DNA from: Nitrososphaerota archaeon
GTDB lineage: Archaea > Thermoproteota > Nitrososphaeria > Nitrososphaerales > UBA57
Reading direction: 5' to 3'
Assembly: GCA_016871995.1 (NCBI GenBank)
Contig: VHBL01000007.1
Coordinates: forward strand, 1-32,000
DNA: 32,000 nt
The notes beneath the pieces were generated by a model. That model saw only the letters and a program-made list of their open reading frames with translations, made no database searches and had not been told where the DNA came from. Both the position numbers and the translations under genes were made by a program. Positions 23,698 to 32,000 of the stretch are shown piece after piece; position 1 is the first letter of the stretch; every line of letters starts with the position of its first letter.

Positions 23698-24984
23698 ATG
23701 GCAAGTGAGCTATTCAATTTTGCATCAGTGATATTCTTCGCAGTATATGCGTTGATCATATTCAGAAATCTGAAGCGAATAAACTTGCCAGTATGGGCCA
23801 TAATGTTTGCAGGTGCAGTTGCGACAATATTCCTCCATGGGATTTCCCTCAAAGACGCTTATGCGGCTATAAACCTTGACGTGATCTTCTTCCTGATAGG
23901 GATGTTCTCCATTGTTGCAGGGCTGGAGGCTTCAGGCCTGTTGCAGTACTTCACCATACGGATACTTTCGTTTGCAGGCTCTCCCCAAAGATTGCTGCTG
24001 TTCATCCTTGTTGTTCTGGGAACAATGTCTGCATTTTTGATGAACGATACTATTGCTGTAGTTGCAACGCCTATCATGATAGGGTTTGCCAGAGCCATGA
24101 AGGTTAGGTCTTCTCCCTTTCTTATCACACTTGCGTTTGCGGTTAGCATAGGCAGCACGATGACTCCTATGGGTAATCCACAAAACCTACTAATTGCATT
24201 GGATAGCGGCATTGAACGGCCTTTCTTTGACTTTGTCAGGCTACTCGCTATCCCCACAATCATAAACTACTTCCTGACATATATCGTTCTCAAATTCTAC
24301 TATAGGAGCGATCTCCAGAATGCTTCAAAACCTGCTGACCTCTCTCTTGTCCAGACTATAACTGACATGAAGCTTGCCAAGGCTTCGGGAATAGTTACTC
24401 TCTTTACGATTGTCGGATTTTTGGTATTGAACATTGCAAAGAATCTGGGATTTGAGACGGAATTGAACTTTGGCACAGTTGCTCTGTTGGGCTCAGCAAT
24501 CCTCTATGCAATAAGCCCAAAGAGGAGGGAGATCATAAGAGGAGTCAACTGGAGCATAATAATATTCTTCATATCGATGTTCATAGTCATGCAGAGCGTC
24601 TGGAATGCTGGACTAATAGCTCTTTTGGCTTCGTATCTCCCTCCACTAACCCATACGGAATCTCTTTCCACAATTCTGAGCATTGTCGGTGCCAGCGTAA
24701 TCCTGAGCCAAGTTATGAGCAACGTTCCATTTGTTGCAGTTTACATTAACCTGATGAAGAGTTTGGGTTTCAATTCTATGGATGTAGAGGCATGGGTAGC
24801 TCTTGCTGGCGCATCGACTCTAGCAGGGAACCTGACAATACTCGGGGCCGCGAGCACGATAATAATACTCGAAGTAGCCGAAGAGAAGGGCCATACTTTC
24901 AGCTTCTATGAATTCTTCAAGATAGGCTCTATCGTCACATTGGTCAACATTACTGTCCTTGTCTTGTGGCTGGTTCTCATTTGA
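23698..24984 (+). CDS. ArsB/NhaD-superfamily anion permease
   Basis: 428 aa with about 10-12 TM segments. TPMGNPQNLLIA is the conserved GNPxN loop of this permease superfamily. Confidence 0.65.
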   Translation: MASELFNFASVIFFAVYALIIFRNLKRINLPVWAIMFAGAVATIFLHGISLKDAYAAINLDVIFFLIGMFSIVAGLEASGLLQYFTIRILSFAGSPQRLLLFILVVLGTMSAFLMNDTIAVVATPIMIGFARAMKVRSSPFLITLAFAVSIGSTMTPMGNPQNLLIALDSGIERPFFDFVRLLAIPTIINYFLTYIVLKFYYRSDLQNASKPADLSLVQTITDMKLAKASGIVTLFTIVGFLVLNIAKNLGFETELNFGTVALLGSAILYAISPKRREIIRGVNWSIIIFFISMFIVMQSVWNAGLIALLASYLPPLTHTESLSTILSIVGASVILSQVMSNVPFVAVYINLMKSLGFNSMDVEAWVALAGASTLAGNLTILGAASTIIILEVAEEKGHTFSFYEFFKIGSIVTLVNITVLVLWLVLI

Positions 24985-25025
24985 AATTTAAAGGCTAATT
25001 AATTGCGCCATCAGCTCCAAGGCGA

Positions 25026-25847
25026 ATGAGCGCCGAAGCAGCACAGCAGGAAATTCCCGAAGAAGGAGAAGTGGTAATCGCGTCTGTAAGGGAGATTACC
25101 GATCATGGCGCTTATGTTACTCTAGATGAATACGGAAATCTTCCCGCATTCTTGCACAAGTCTGAAATTACTACTGGCTGGGTAAAGCATATAGAACGTT
25201 ATGTGAAGGTAGGCCAGAAGGCAGTTCTCAAGGTCGTAAGAATAAACAAGATAAGAAGACAGGTAGATCTCTCGCTCAGGCAGGTCTCTGGCGAGGAGAG
25301 AAAGGAGAAACTTATCCAAGTTAAGAAGCATGAAAAAGCTAGAGGCATTCTCGAGATAGTCAAGCACAAGGCACAACTTAACGATGCTGAGAGTGCGAAA
25401 TATGTGGAGATGCTCGAGGAAGGGTTCGATTCTACCTACGATGCCCTTGAGCAGGCTGCAAGGACAGGCGCTGATGTTCTTAAGAAGATCGACTTGCCAG
25501 CAAAATATGTTGAAATCTTAGCAGATGTTGCAAAGGAAAAGATAGTCTTCCCAACTGTCGAGGTGAAAGGAGTCATCGAAATCAGGATTGATCAGCCTGC
25601 AGGAATTAACATAATAAAAGAGGCTCTTACGAATGCACGGTCAGTCAAGACTGGAGGCTCGAAGGTTATTGTGACGTATATGGGAGCACCAAAGTACAGA
25701 ATTGTTGTTGAAGCTGAAAACTACAAGATTGCCGAGAAGGCCCTTGAGCAGGCTGTAGAGAAGGCTAGAGACATTATACAGAAGAAGAAAGGTCAGTTTG
25801 GCTTTGGCAGAATAGACAGGAAGAAGGGCATTGAGCAGGCTTCTTAG
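25026..25847 (+). CDS. Translation initiation factor aIF2 alpha subunit
   Basis: N-terminal S1 domain PEEGEVVIASVREITDHGAYVTLDEYGNLPAFLHKSEI..., then VDLSLRQVS. The length and the downstream Nop10 gene match the conserved archaeal arrangement. Confidence 0.9.
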   Translation: MSAEAAQQEIPEEGEVVIASVREITDHGAYVTLDEYGNLPAFLHKSEITTGWVKHIERYVKVGQKAVLKVVRINKIRRQVDLSLRQVSGEERKEKLIQVKKHEKARGILEIVKHKAQLNDAESAKYVEMLEEGFDSTYDALEQAARTGADVLKKIDLPAKYVEILADVAKEKIVFPTVEVKGVIEIRIDQPAGINIIKEALTNARSVKTGGSKVIVTYMGAPKYRIVVEAENYKIAEKALEQAVEKARDIIQKKKGQFGFGRIDRKKGIEQAS

Positions 25848-26010
25848 GAAATGCTCCAGCTGCAGCACTTACACGTTTCAAGATATATGTCCTAAATGTA
25901 GCACCAGGACAGTGTCTCCTCATCCTCCAAAGTTCTCTCCAGATGATAAGTATGCGCGAATGAGGATAGCAGAACGCTACTCGGAGACAAAAACAGAAAA
26001 CAACATATAG
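25831..26010 (+). CDS. nop10: H/ACA RNP protein Nop10 (not in the ORF track; probable TTG start)
   Basis: My translation of this frame gives (M)SRLLRKCSSCSTYTFQDICPKCSTRTVSPHPPKFSPDDKYARMRIAERY..., ending at TAG 26008-26010. It carries the Nop10 Zn-ribbon (CxxC...CxxC) and the HP.KFSP.D.Y motif. The frame has no in-frame ATG start codon, and the TTG at 25831 follows an in-frame stop at 25813. Confidence 0.8.
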   Translation: MSRLLRKCSSCSTYTFQDICPKCSTRTVSPHPPKFSPDDKYARMRIAERYSETKTENNI

Positions 26011-26048
26011 CCCATCTATTAGAATCATTCTAACACTGTAGAGCAATT

Positions 26049-26846
26049 TTGACACAGAACCCGCGTTCGATATACGATGAGCCCCCAAGACGGCACAGTA
26101 CGAAGAAAGGGCAGGTCAGAGAGGCTATAATCAAAGCCCTGTCGCAGGAACCACATACGGTAAGCGAGCTTTCACGAATCCTCAGAGTTTCTAAACCAAC
26201 GATAAACTACCACATAAACGAACTTACTAGAAGGGGGTCGATTAGAGTTGCGCAAGTGCAAGTCGGCAAGACGGGAGTATTAAGCAAATTTTATGCCCTG
26301 AAGCCCGGGACACTTTTCATCTCATCAAATCCCGAAACTGACGAGCAGTACCTCCAGACCCTTACTTATTTGTTTGAAAGAAAAAAACTCCAGCTGACAC
26401 TTGCAGAGGATGAACCTTTAGGTCCTCAACTCAAGGAAATTCTTTACCACGCCTTCAAGTTGCTGGCAAAGGTTTCTTTTAACAGGCACAGTGACATTTT
26501 GTACAAGCACGGCTTCTCCATAGGGCTCGATGTAGTAAGTAAGAAAATCGAAGGCGGCTCGGTTAAGGAAACTCTTGGGAACCTGAAAAAATTTTGGATT
26601 GACAATCAGATGGGAGATCTGCAAGTCTCTGCTGAGAGGGGTTACAGACCTGCAGTGTATCTGCATAACTGCATGGATTCGTACGAAACCAGAGATATAG
26701 GAGGACCCCTGTGCTTCTTGATCAAAGGCATCATAGATGGCGCTCTGGCAGGAAAGTTCGGCAGCAGATACGAAACTGGCAAATACGAATTTAATGAAGC
26801 TGACTTGCTTCCTTGCAGGTTTCAGATTTTGAAAAAGAAACACTAG
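26049..26846 (+). CDS. ArsR-type wHTH transcriptional regulator with a C-terminal V4R-like domain
   Basis: IIKALSQEPHTVSELSRILRVSKPTINYHINELTRRGSI is an ArsR-type HTH. The C-terminal part with LHNCMD...GPLCFLIKGIIDGAL resembles V4R sensor domains (weak). TTG start. Confidence 0.6.
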   Translation: MTQNPRSIYDEPPRRHSTKKGQVREAIIKALSQEPHTVSELSRILRVSKPTINYHINELTRRGSIRVAQVQVGKTGVLSKFYALKPGTLFISSNPETDEQYLQTLTYLFERKKLQLTLAEDEPLGPQLKEILYHAFKLLAKVSFNRHSDILYKHGFSIGLDVVSKKIEGGSVKETLGNLKKFWIDNQMGDLQVSAERGYRPAVYLHNCMDSYETRDIGGPLCFLIKGIIDGALAGKFGSRYETGKYEFNEADLLPCRFQILKKKH

Positions 26847-27049
26847 AAAAATATATCGAGGGCCTGTCGCAACCGCTCATCCGTAGTTATAAGAAATTGT
26901 TAAGAATGACACCGAGGGCCTCCCCAAGCCCCCGGTGACCCTCACTCGACTATAGCACGGCAATCGTCCTACGTCAGTATAACTTCGTAGATATAGATGC
27001 AATATAAACCCCAGAGACAGTTTTCAGAGGTGATTATCAAAGTTGATAG

Positions 27050-27174
27050 TGCCGGGGGTGGGTATTTCGTCTTCAGATTTCGAACCCACGACCTCCAGAT
27101 TATGAGTTACGCCCAATTTTTGTGGAGGCTGGCGCTCTAACCAGGCTGAGCTCTCGAGCAGTTAGAACCCCGGC
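27050..27174 (-). tRNA. tRNA with anticodon CAT (elongator Met or Ile2) interrupted by three introns
   Basis: Removing about 14 nt (between positions 8 and 9), about 21 nt (30/31) and about 15 nt (T-loop) gives a canonical 75-nt cloverleaf: GCCGGGG-TA-GCTC-AGCCTGGTTA-GAGC-G-CCAGA-CTCATAA-TCTGG-AGGTC-GTGGG-TTCGAAA-CCCAC-CCCCGGC-A. The alternative 5' end at 27185 uses a duplicated GCCGGGG. Confidence 0.75.
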
Positions 27175-27223
27175 TGCGCCCCGGCATAGGCAACTCAAAG
27201 CAAGTCGGTTTAAAATCATTCCC

Positions 27224-29044
27224 TTACAATATAGTTGCTAGCAGGAACATTAGAACGGCTATTGATGCAAGAGCTATCCCACCCTTTCTTGCTATTCTAG
27301 TCACGTTGTCTAGCGCTACCGAAAAATCTGACAGCAATTTACCTCCGACAACCTTAACATCTGTTTCCATGCCACTTATCCTAAAGTCGCTTTCAACCAT
27401 CTTTGAGGAAGCAATTTTGATCAATTTGTTCAATGTCGAAGATATGTCATTAATTTTTGTTAGTCCGCCTAGCGCATCATATCCATTTTCATTCATGACC
27501 TTCGCTGCATTGAAATGGGTGTCGGTAGTGCATATCTCTATTACGTTGACATCCTTAATCTGCTCCAGCAGTTTCTCCCTGAAACCTATCGATGCATTGT
27601 TCGAGTCAAAACTTATCAACGAATGCAGAATACCATCAATTTCAAAGACAATAAGGCAAATCCCAGCAGGCCCGATGTCTGCTTTCAATCCGATATGCAG
27701 TTCGGAAGAGTGCGCGTAGCCTATCTTGAACGGTTTCTGCTTTGCAGGCCTTAATTTTTGGAGCACAGCGCTTGCAGCCTCTATTGTTGAGTTGCACTCG
27801 TCTTCGGTGGGAGGCTTGCCCAGAGAGTTGTGGGCATCCACAACAAAAGCTCCTCTGTATCCTAACTCAAGAGCCTTCCTCTCCACAGTTTCCTTAACTG
27901 ACTGCGGAAAGTCTTCCATGCCGTGTGGTGCGAGAGTGATTATGACGAAGGCAAAATCGCCAAATGCCATTCCTGTTACAGTAGCCTTACCTACTGTATT
28001 TTTCAGGGGGAGGGTGCAAGTATTACCAATTCCAAGAGTCCTCAGATCTTGGAGTGATGAAATGAATTTCTCAACGGCACTCCTTGACGGAAGGTTTAGG
28101 TCGTGTCCCGAAACTCCATGCAGAACCAGAGAAGAATAGCCGTTACTCGTGAACCATTCCTGCAATTCGTATGGAAGATTACTACTACCTATCGGATAAA
28201 AAGGTCCGGGATGTATTTCGGGAACTACTACTGTGGGTTTCTTGCTCCCTTGCAGGAACGTAATGATCTTTGTCTTTACTTTTGCTGTGGTTGACGCTTC
28301 TTCAAAAATTTCTTCGAAAAGTTTTGCCTTGTTTTCAGTCCACGCCTGCAGGAATGCCCGTAGGAGTTTTAGAGGGGATTCTCTTAGAAATCCTCTCCCT
28401 GTCCTGTTAACTTGAATCAAATATGCAACTGCGGACACTGCAAGAATCGATCCGAGGATAAAAGCCTGGGCAGAAATAAGTAATGTGTAATTGTCAACGA
28501 ATACAGCAAGCATCTGAACAACGGGTTGTATAAAGGCAACAGCAAAACCATGCGCAATCTTTTCAAAGAAGACCGATGCAAGAACTACTATCCTCAAGGC
28601 TATTGCGACGAACATCCCGTACAAAGTCATGGAGTAAAACTTCTGAGGAGCAGAAGTTGCGAAAGAGGTCAGCATGCCTACAAGCACAGGTACTATCCAT
28701 AGCACGTTTGAGATTGCCGTTATCATTATCAAACGCCTGAAAGTTGCGACTGGATTATTTCTAAGCAGCAGCATTTCAAGACCTACGGAGAAGAACATCG
28801 CAGCGACCATTGTTACAAATGTTATGACATCGGAGAGAGCAAAACCTGCCATGCTCCTGATCAGGACGAAGATCGCTAATGCAGAGGCTATGGCTGCAGA
28901 TGTAGCAACTTTAGTCGAAGGGAGAGTGAACAGGAGATTATACCGTCTACGAATGTTGGTTGTAGAGTCCAACGGAATTCCTTGCGCTACTAGATTCTTA
29001 AGAAGACTCGCATGAGTATTGAGACTACAATAAGCGATAAGCAC
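27224..29044 (-). CDS. Large archaeal membrane protein (DUF2070-like)
   Basis: 606 aa. The N-terminal ~200 aa form multiple TM helices, followed by a large soluble region and a C-terminal TM (GGIALASIAVLMFLLATIL). The architecture matches my recollection of DUF2070, but no diagnostic motif was verified. Confidence 0.5.
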   Translation of the reverse strand: MLIAYCSLNTHASLLKNLVAQGIPLDSTTNIRRRYNLLFTLPSTKVATSAAIASALAIFVLIRSMAGFALSDVITFVTMVAAMFFSVGLEMLLLRNNPVATFRRLIMITAISNVLWIVPVLVGMLTSFATSAPQKFYSMTLYGMFVAIALRIVVLASVFFEKIAHGFAVAFIQPVVQMLAVFVDNYTLLISAQAFILGSILAVSAVAYLIQVNRTGRGFLRESPLKLLRAFLQAWTENKAKLFEEIFEEASTTAKVKTKIITFLQGSKKPTVVVPEIHPGPFYPIGSSNLPYELQEWFTSNGYSSLVLHGVSGHDLNLPSRSAVEKFISSLQDLRTLGIGNTCTLPLKNTVGKATVTGMAFGDFAFVIITLAPHGMEDFPQSVKETVERKALELGYRGAFVVDAHNSLGKPPTEDECNSTIEAASAVLQKLRPAKQKPFKIGYAHSSELHIGLKADIGPAGICLIVFEIDGILHSLISFDSNNASIGFREKLLEQIKDVNVIEICTTDTHFNAAKVMNENGYDALGGLTKINDISSTLNKLIKIASSKMVESDFRISGMETDVKVVGGKLLSDFSVALDNVTRIARKGGIALASIAVLMFLLATIL

Positions 29045-29251
29045 AGGGCGATCACAATTTCAGGCCTTACCCTGACGCCTGTCTGGGTTTCGTCTTCAAA
29101 GAACCTCATGAGCCCTGCGCTGGATGCAGGTAGAGGAGTTTCCTTCTTCTTTTTGCTGCTCATTACCGAGCACCATAAACAGGTCTTTTCTTAAATATGT
29201 TTGCTTAGGCGGAAGAAAAACCGAGGTAGTAGGGTGCTCCTACCACCATTT

Positions 29252-29890
29252 CTACTGAGGGAAGTTCAGCTCACCTACGCTCTGTGTAGGCAGGTCTGGG
29301 AGCTTCGAAGCCATCTTCTGCTCTGCTAACACTGCCGCTTCCGATAGTATCTTTTCTGCTTCCTCGTTGCTGGGCTCTATGTTGGCAAAGAATCCTCCTA
29401 GCTGTCCTGCATCCGTCACTATTCCGTTCAACATGCTACCTATCTCCGAAATCTCTGATCCTGCTTCTGGCATTATGCCTTCAATGTTCTTTCTTATGCT
29501 CTTGATCACTCCTACTGTAGGCGATAGAGTTGAGACTACGTCGCCGAACTCCTGCACCGTCCCGAGCCTGAGGTTGATCTGCTCCATGACGAGCTTTACC
29601 TGGGTTATGTTGTTGGACATCTTTCTGACTTCTGCTAGTTCGTTAGAGTATGCCGAGGCTCTCTCTTGATCGTGCTTCTGCAATGATACGACTACTTGCT
29701 TGAATAGGTTAGAGTCCTTCTCCTTGAGCTGTTTCGTCTTCGAGTCAAGTCTGTTCAGTAAGCCGTTTATCGACTGCTGTGTCGTGCCTAGCTTGTCCCG
29801 CAAAGGCTGCTGGGGTGTTAGCGAACTCCGCAATCTGCTAGCTATAGGCTCCTTGTCGCTCTTGGCCCATTTGTTGTTAAAGGCTGGCAT
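29252..29890 (-). CDS. cdvB: ESCRT-III (Snf7/CdvB-family) protein
   Basis: 212 aa of predicted long helices. NNKW near the N-terminus, KLFKQVV-type helix, SNELAEVRK...QINLRLGTVQEFGDVVSTLSPTVGVIKSIR, as in thaumarchaeal CdvB paralogs. Which paralog it is remains unknown. Confidence 0.75.
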   Translation of the reverse strand: MPAFNNKWAKSDKEPIASRLRSSLTPQQPLRDKLGTTQQSINGLLNRLDSKTKQLKEKDSNLFKQVVVSLQKHDQERASAYSNELAEVRKMSNNITQVKLVMEQINLRLGTVQEFGDVVSTLSPTVGVIKSIRKNIEGIMPEAGSEISEIGSMLNGIVTDAGQLGGFFANIEPSNEEAEKILSEAAVLAEQKMASKLPDLPTQSVGELNFPQ

Positions 29891-29972
29891 TTACGCTCAC
29901 CTATGTGGAAATGTAAATCGGATAAACACCGCAAAATTAACTTCGTTAAACCAAAAGGTCAACTTTGTTCTG

Positions 29973-30509
29973 TTATGCTAGGGCCTTTCTCGCCTTGCTG
30001 ATGCAGCCAACCTTGGGGCTGAACCATAGAGTAAAGCCCAAGTTTGCAACTGAAATCAAAAGCAGAAGCAGGCCTGCAACATTTGTGGTGTCTTTGAGAA
30101 GTATTATTATTGGAACTGCAAAGGGCGTCACCATGGAGGCGAGCGGGCCTGCAAGGTACATTGCTGCAAAACCTGTCTTACCTGTTCTGCTTCTTTTTCT
30201 ATCAATTTTCAGTCCTAGCACAAACAGCATCTTCTTGAACGGATCTGGTATTGCTTCGAGCTTGATTATGTCTGATCTCCCAAGATAGTAGTGGCTGAAC
30301 CTTACTCCTGCAACCATTCCCACCAAGAAATGAGCTAAGTCATGAGTGAAGAACCAGAATAAAAACCAGCACAGCAGGCCTAAAACGACAAGATAATTTC
30401 CAAAAGGCAGGCTTGCCAAGAGAATGATGCTGAATAATGTGGTTATAATGCAGAAAAATGTTCCTAGAAGGACATTTAACTGGAATCTTGCCTTCTGCAC
30501 CTTCTCCAT
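29973..30509 (-). CDS. Integral membrane protein with an HDLAH motif
   Basis: 178 aa with about 5 hydrophobic helices. FTHDLAHFLVG lies at a helix end. Confidence 0.5.
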   Translation of the reverse strand: MEKVQKARFQLNVLLGTFFCIITTLFSIILLASLPFGNYLVVLGLLCWFLFWFFTHDLAHFLVGMVAGVRFSHYYLGRSDIIKLEAIPDPFKKMLFVLGLKIDRKRSRTGKTGFAAMYLAGPLASMVTPFAVPIIILLKDTTNVAGLLLLLISVANLGFTLWFSPKVGCISKARKALA

Positions 30510-30531
30510 TAATAAAATGGAGAATAAGAAA

Positions 30532-31134
30532 TTATTGTGCTGTTGGAGCTGCCTGTGGAGGATTTTCTGGAATAGAGAAGAAGGCTACAACCTGCAGTAT
30601 GGCAGCAACGAAGATCACCAAAAAGCCGACCAAGACGATTGTTAGAACTGCTCCGATAAGATAAAGCAGCGCTGCTGTGCCGAACATCTTTACGTTAAGG
30701 CCCGAAGCGATTGAATCGAAGCTTTTCTTCAGAAAGACGCCTGATACTATGAATGCTATCCAGATTATCACTAGGCCTGCTATAATCGGCCCGAGAAAGT
30801 TCATGCTCATGAAATCACTAGGTTGGAACCGCCCCGGCATCATGTTTCCCTGAAACATCCCTGGCCCGAAGAAGGAAAGCATCCCTACAACCCCTACAAC
30901 TATGCCTGCTACAATACCTGCAATGGCCGCTACAACGGAGATTATCGCGTTGTTAAAGACAGACTTGTTGTTCAAAGCGTCAGAAATGGATTTGATTGCT
31001 ACCAGCATCAGAACGAAGCCAAATATTTCAAGAGCAGGGCCAGCAAGAGGAACTATCCCCAAAAGAACCAGAATAGAACCTATACCGCCCATAGTTTTGG
31101 CTTGTGATAAAGAGCCCATACTATACCCCTGCAC
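30532..31134 (-). CDS. Archaeal membrane protein (DUF996-like)
   Basis: AKTMGGIGSILVLLGIVPLAGPALEIFGFVLMLVAIKSISD resembles the DUF996 N-terminal pattern. 200 aa with 5-6 TM. Confidence 0.55.
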   Translation of the reverse strand: MQGYSMGSLSQAKTMGGIGSILVLLGIVPLAGPALEIFGFVLMLVAIKSISDALNNKSVFNNAIISVVAAIAGIVAGIVVGVVGMLSFFGPGMFQGNMMPGRFQPSDFMSMNFLGPIIAGLVIIWIAFIVSGVFLKKSFDSIASGLNVKMFGTAALLYLIGAVLTIVLVGFLVIFVAAILQVVAFFSIPENPPQAAPTAQ

Positions 31135-31163
31135 AACGTTAGTTGAAAAACCTTGTATTTTAT

Positions 31164-32000
31164 TTATGGCAAGAACTTGGGATCAATAGTGTCCTCAGCT
31201 TTAACCGGGATCAAGTTCGAAGGTATAGCACCATAATCAATAGCATACTGCCAACTGTTCCTTATCGCTGTAGATAGTTCCGCTCCGCTCATCCTTGGCG
31301 TCCAGTCTAACTGGCTTAGAGCTTTTTCTGCCAGATCCCTAGTGGTGTTTGTTCTTTTGATGTACAGATCAGCAGCATAGCTCGGGTTCTCCTGCAAGTG
31401 CTTGACAGTTTCCAGCGTAGCCTTGACGAACCTCTTGACGAGATCAGGGTTCTTCTGGATCATATCATCTGTAGCCCATATGACAAAGGAGGAGTGGGGT
31501 CTGGGCACAACATCAGAAACGAATACGAGTATTCGTAATTCTCCTGAATCGACCAGCCTTAGAACTGCGGGGTCAGAGCTTGTGAATGCGTCAACTCTTC
31601 CATCGCGTAATGCAGTTACCAGATTGGCTGTATTCCCAAGCGAAACAAGTTGAGGCTTTATACCGAACCTGCTTGTCACATAGGAAGTTATCCTTGCTGT
31701 AGCGGAATTGTTGGAGGAGACTCCAACGTTCTTGCCATTCAGATCTTCTATGACTTTTATCGGCCCCTCTGCTTTGACGAAAATCTTCTGAGGAACATTG
31801 CCGACATAGCTCGCAACTATCTTTACTGGTACGCCTGCTGACATCGCTGAAAGTGGCTCGTTTGTAGATGAGAGGCCCATCTTGATGCCCGAAGCTAACT
31901 GACGTTCTATTTCAGCGGCAGTGAATCCGCGTCGAGTTATAACGAATTGTGGGTCTAGCCCATTGCTCGCCCAGATGCCTTTCTCCTTCCCAGCATCGAT
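31164..32000 (-). CDS. ABC-transporter substrate-binding protein, NMT1/SsuA-like (5' end beyond the window)
   Basis: The frame stays open upstream of the track ATG (31880) to the window edge: IDAGKEKGIWASNGLDPQFVITRRGFTAAEIERQLASGIKMGLS... DLNGKNVGVSS and ALRDGRVDAFTS are typical of the nitrate/sulfonate/bicarbonate SBP family. Confidence 0.65.
   Translation of the reverse strand: MDAGKEKGIWASNGLDPQFVITRRGFTAAEIERQLASGIKMGLSSTNEPLSAMSAGVPVKIVASYVGNVPQKIFVKAEGPIKVIEDLNGKNVGVSSNNSATARITSYVTSRFGIKPQLVSLGNTANLVTALRDGRVDAFTSSDPAVLRLVDSGELRILVFVSDVVPRPHSSFVIWATDDMIQKNPDLVKRFVKATLETVKHLQENPSYAADLYIKRTNTTRDLAEKALSQLDWTPRMSGAELSTAIRNSWQYAIDYGAIPSNLIPVKAEDTIDPKFLP

Noticed and set aside
26847-27049. 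GC-rich patches and a repeated cgagggcct 9-mer (26857-26865 and 26913-26921) between the ArsR-type gene and the intron-containing tRNA, considered as a possible C/D-box, H/ACA or other ncRNA.
   Set aside because: I found no convincing C (RUGAUGA) / D (CUGA) box pair in the right order on either strand. There is no ACA-terminated hairpin, and the only stem is 5 bp (gaggg...ccctc). I cannot support an RNA gene without covariance-model searches.

Overview
Archaeal chromosomal window, probably a TACK or Thaumarchaeota-like genome. Support: proteasome alpha subunit, an aIF2-alpha + Nop10 pair, a CdvB/ESCRT-III paralog with the thaumarchaeal-type NELAEVRK motif, a GGPP-synthase-type prenyltransferase, and a tRNA with three introns. 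The main accessory feature is a ~9.1 kb integrated element (2258-11338) in the 3' end of tRNA-Ala(GGC). It is bounded by a 12-bp perfect direct repeat (18/20 when extended). It carries an intact tyrosine integrase, divergent wHTH/RHH regulators, a prim-pol plus D5-like SF3 helicase replication module, a 99-bp iteron palindrome, zinc-finger proteins and a HerA/FtsK-like ATPase. It also carries an AT-rich methyltransferase-like cargo gene bracketed by ~175-bp direct repeats that conserve two micro-ORFs. Two other accessory-looking loci stand out. One is a tightly packed, partly translationally coupled gene set next to the att tRNA: small DUF3467-like protein, Zn-ribbon COG1205 DEAD/DEAH helicase with a DUF1998 Cys cluster, and a GYD protein. 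The other is an orphan N4/N6 DNA methyltransferase convergent with a short BrxL-like AAA+ ATPase across tRNA-Val(TAC), with no other BREX genes visible. The rest is housekeeping or metabolic: a PQQ-type dehydrogenase, PqqC-like protein, VOC protein, PfkB kinase, CoA-binding protein, SDR, ArsB/NhaD permease, ArsR-type regulator, DUF2070- and DUF996-like membrane proteins, and a partial ABC substrate-binding protein. No CRISPR array or rRNA was seen. All family assignments rest on motif recognition by eye, not on database searches.
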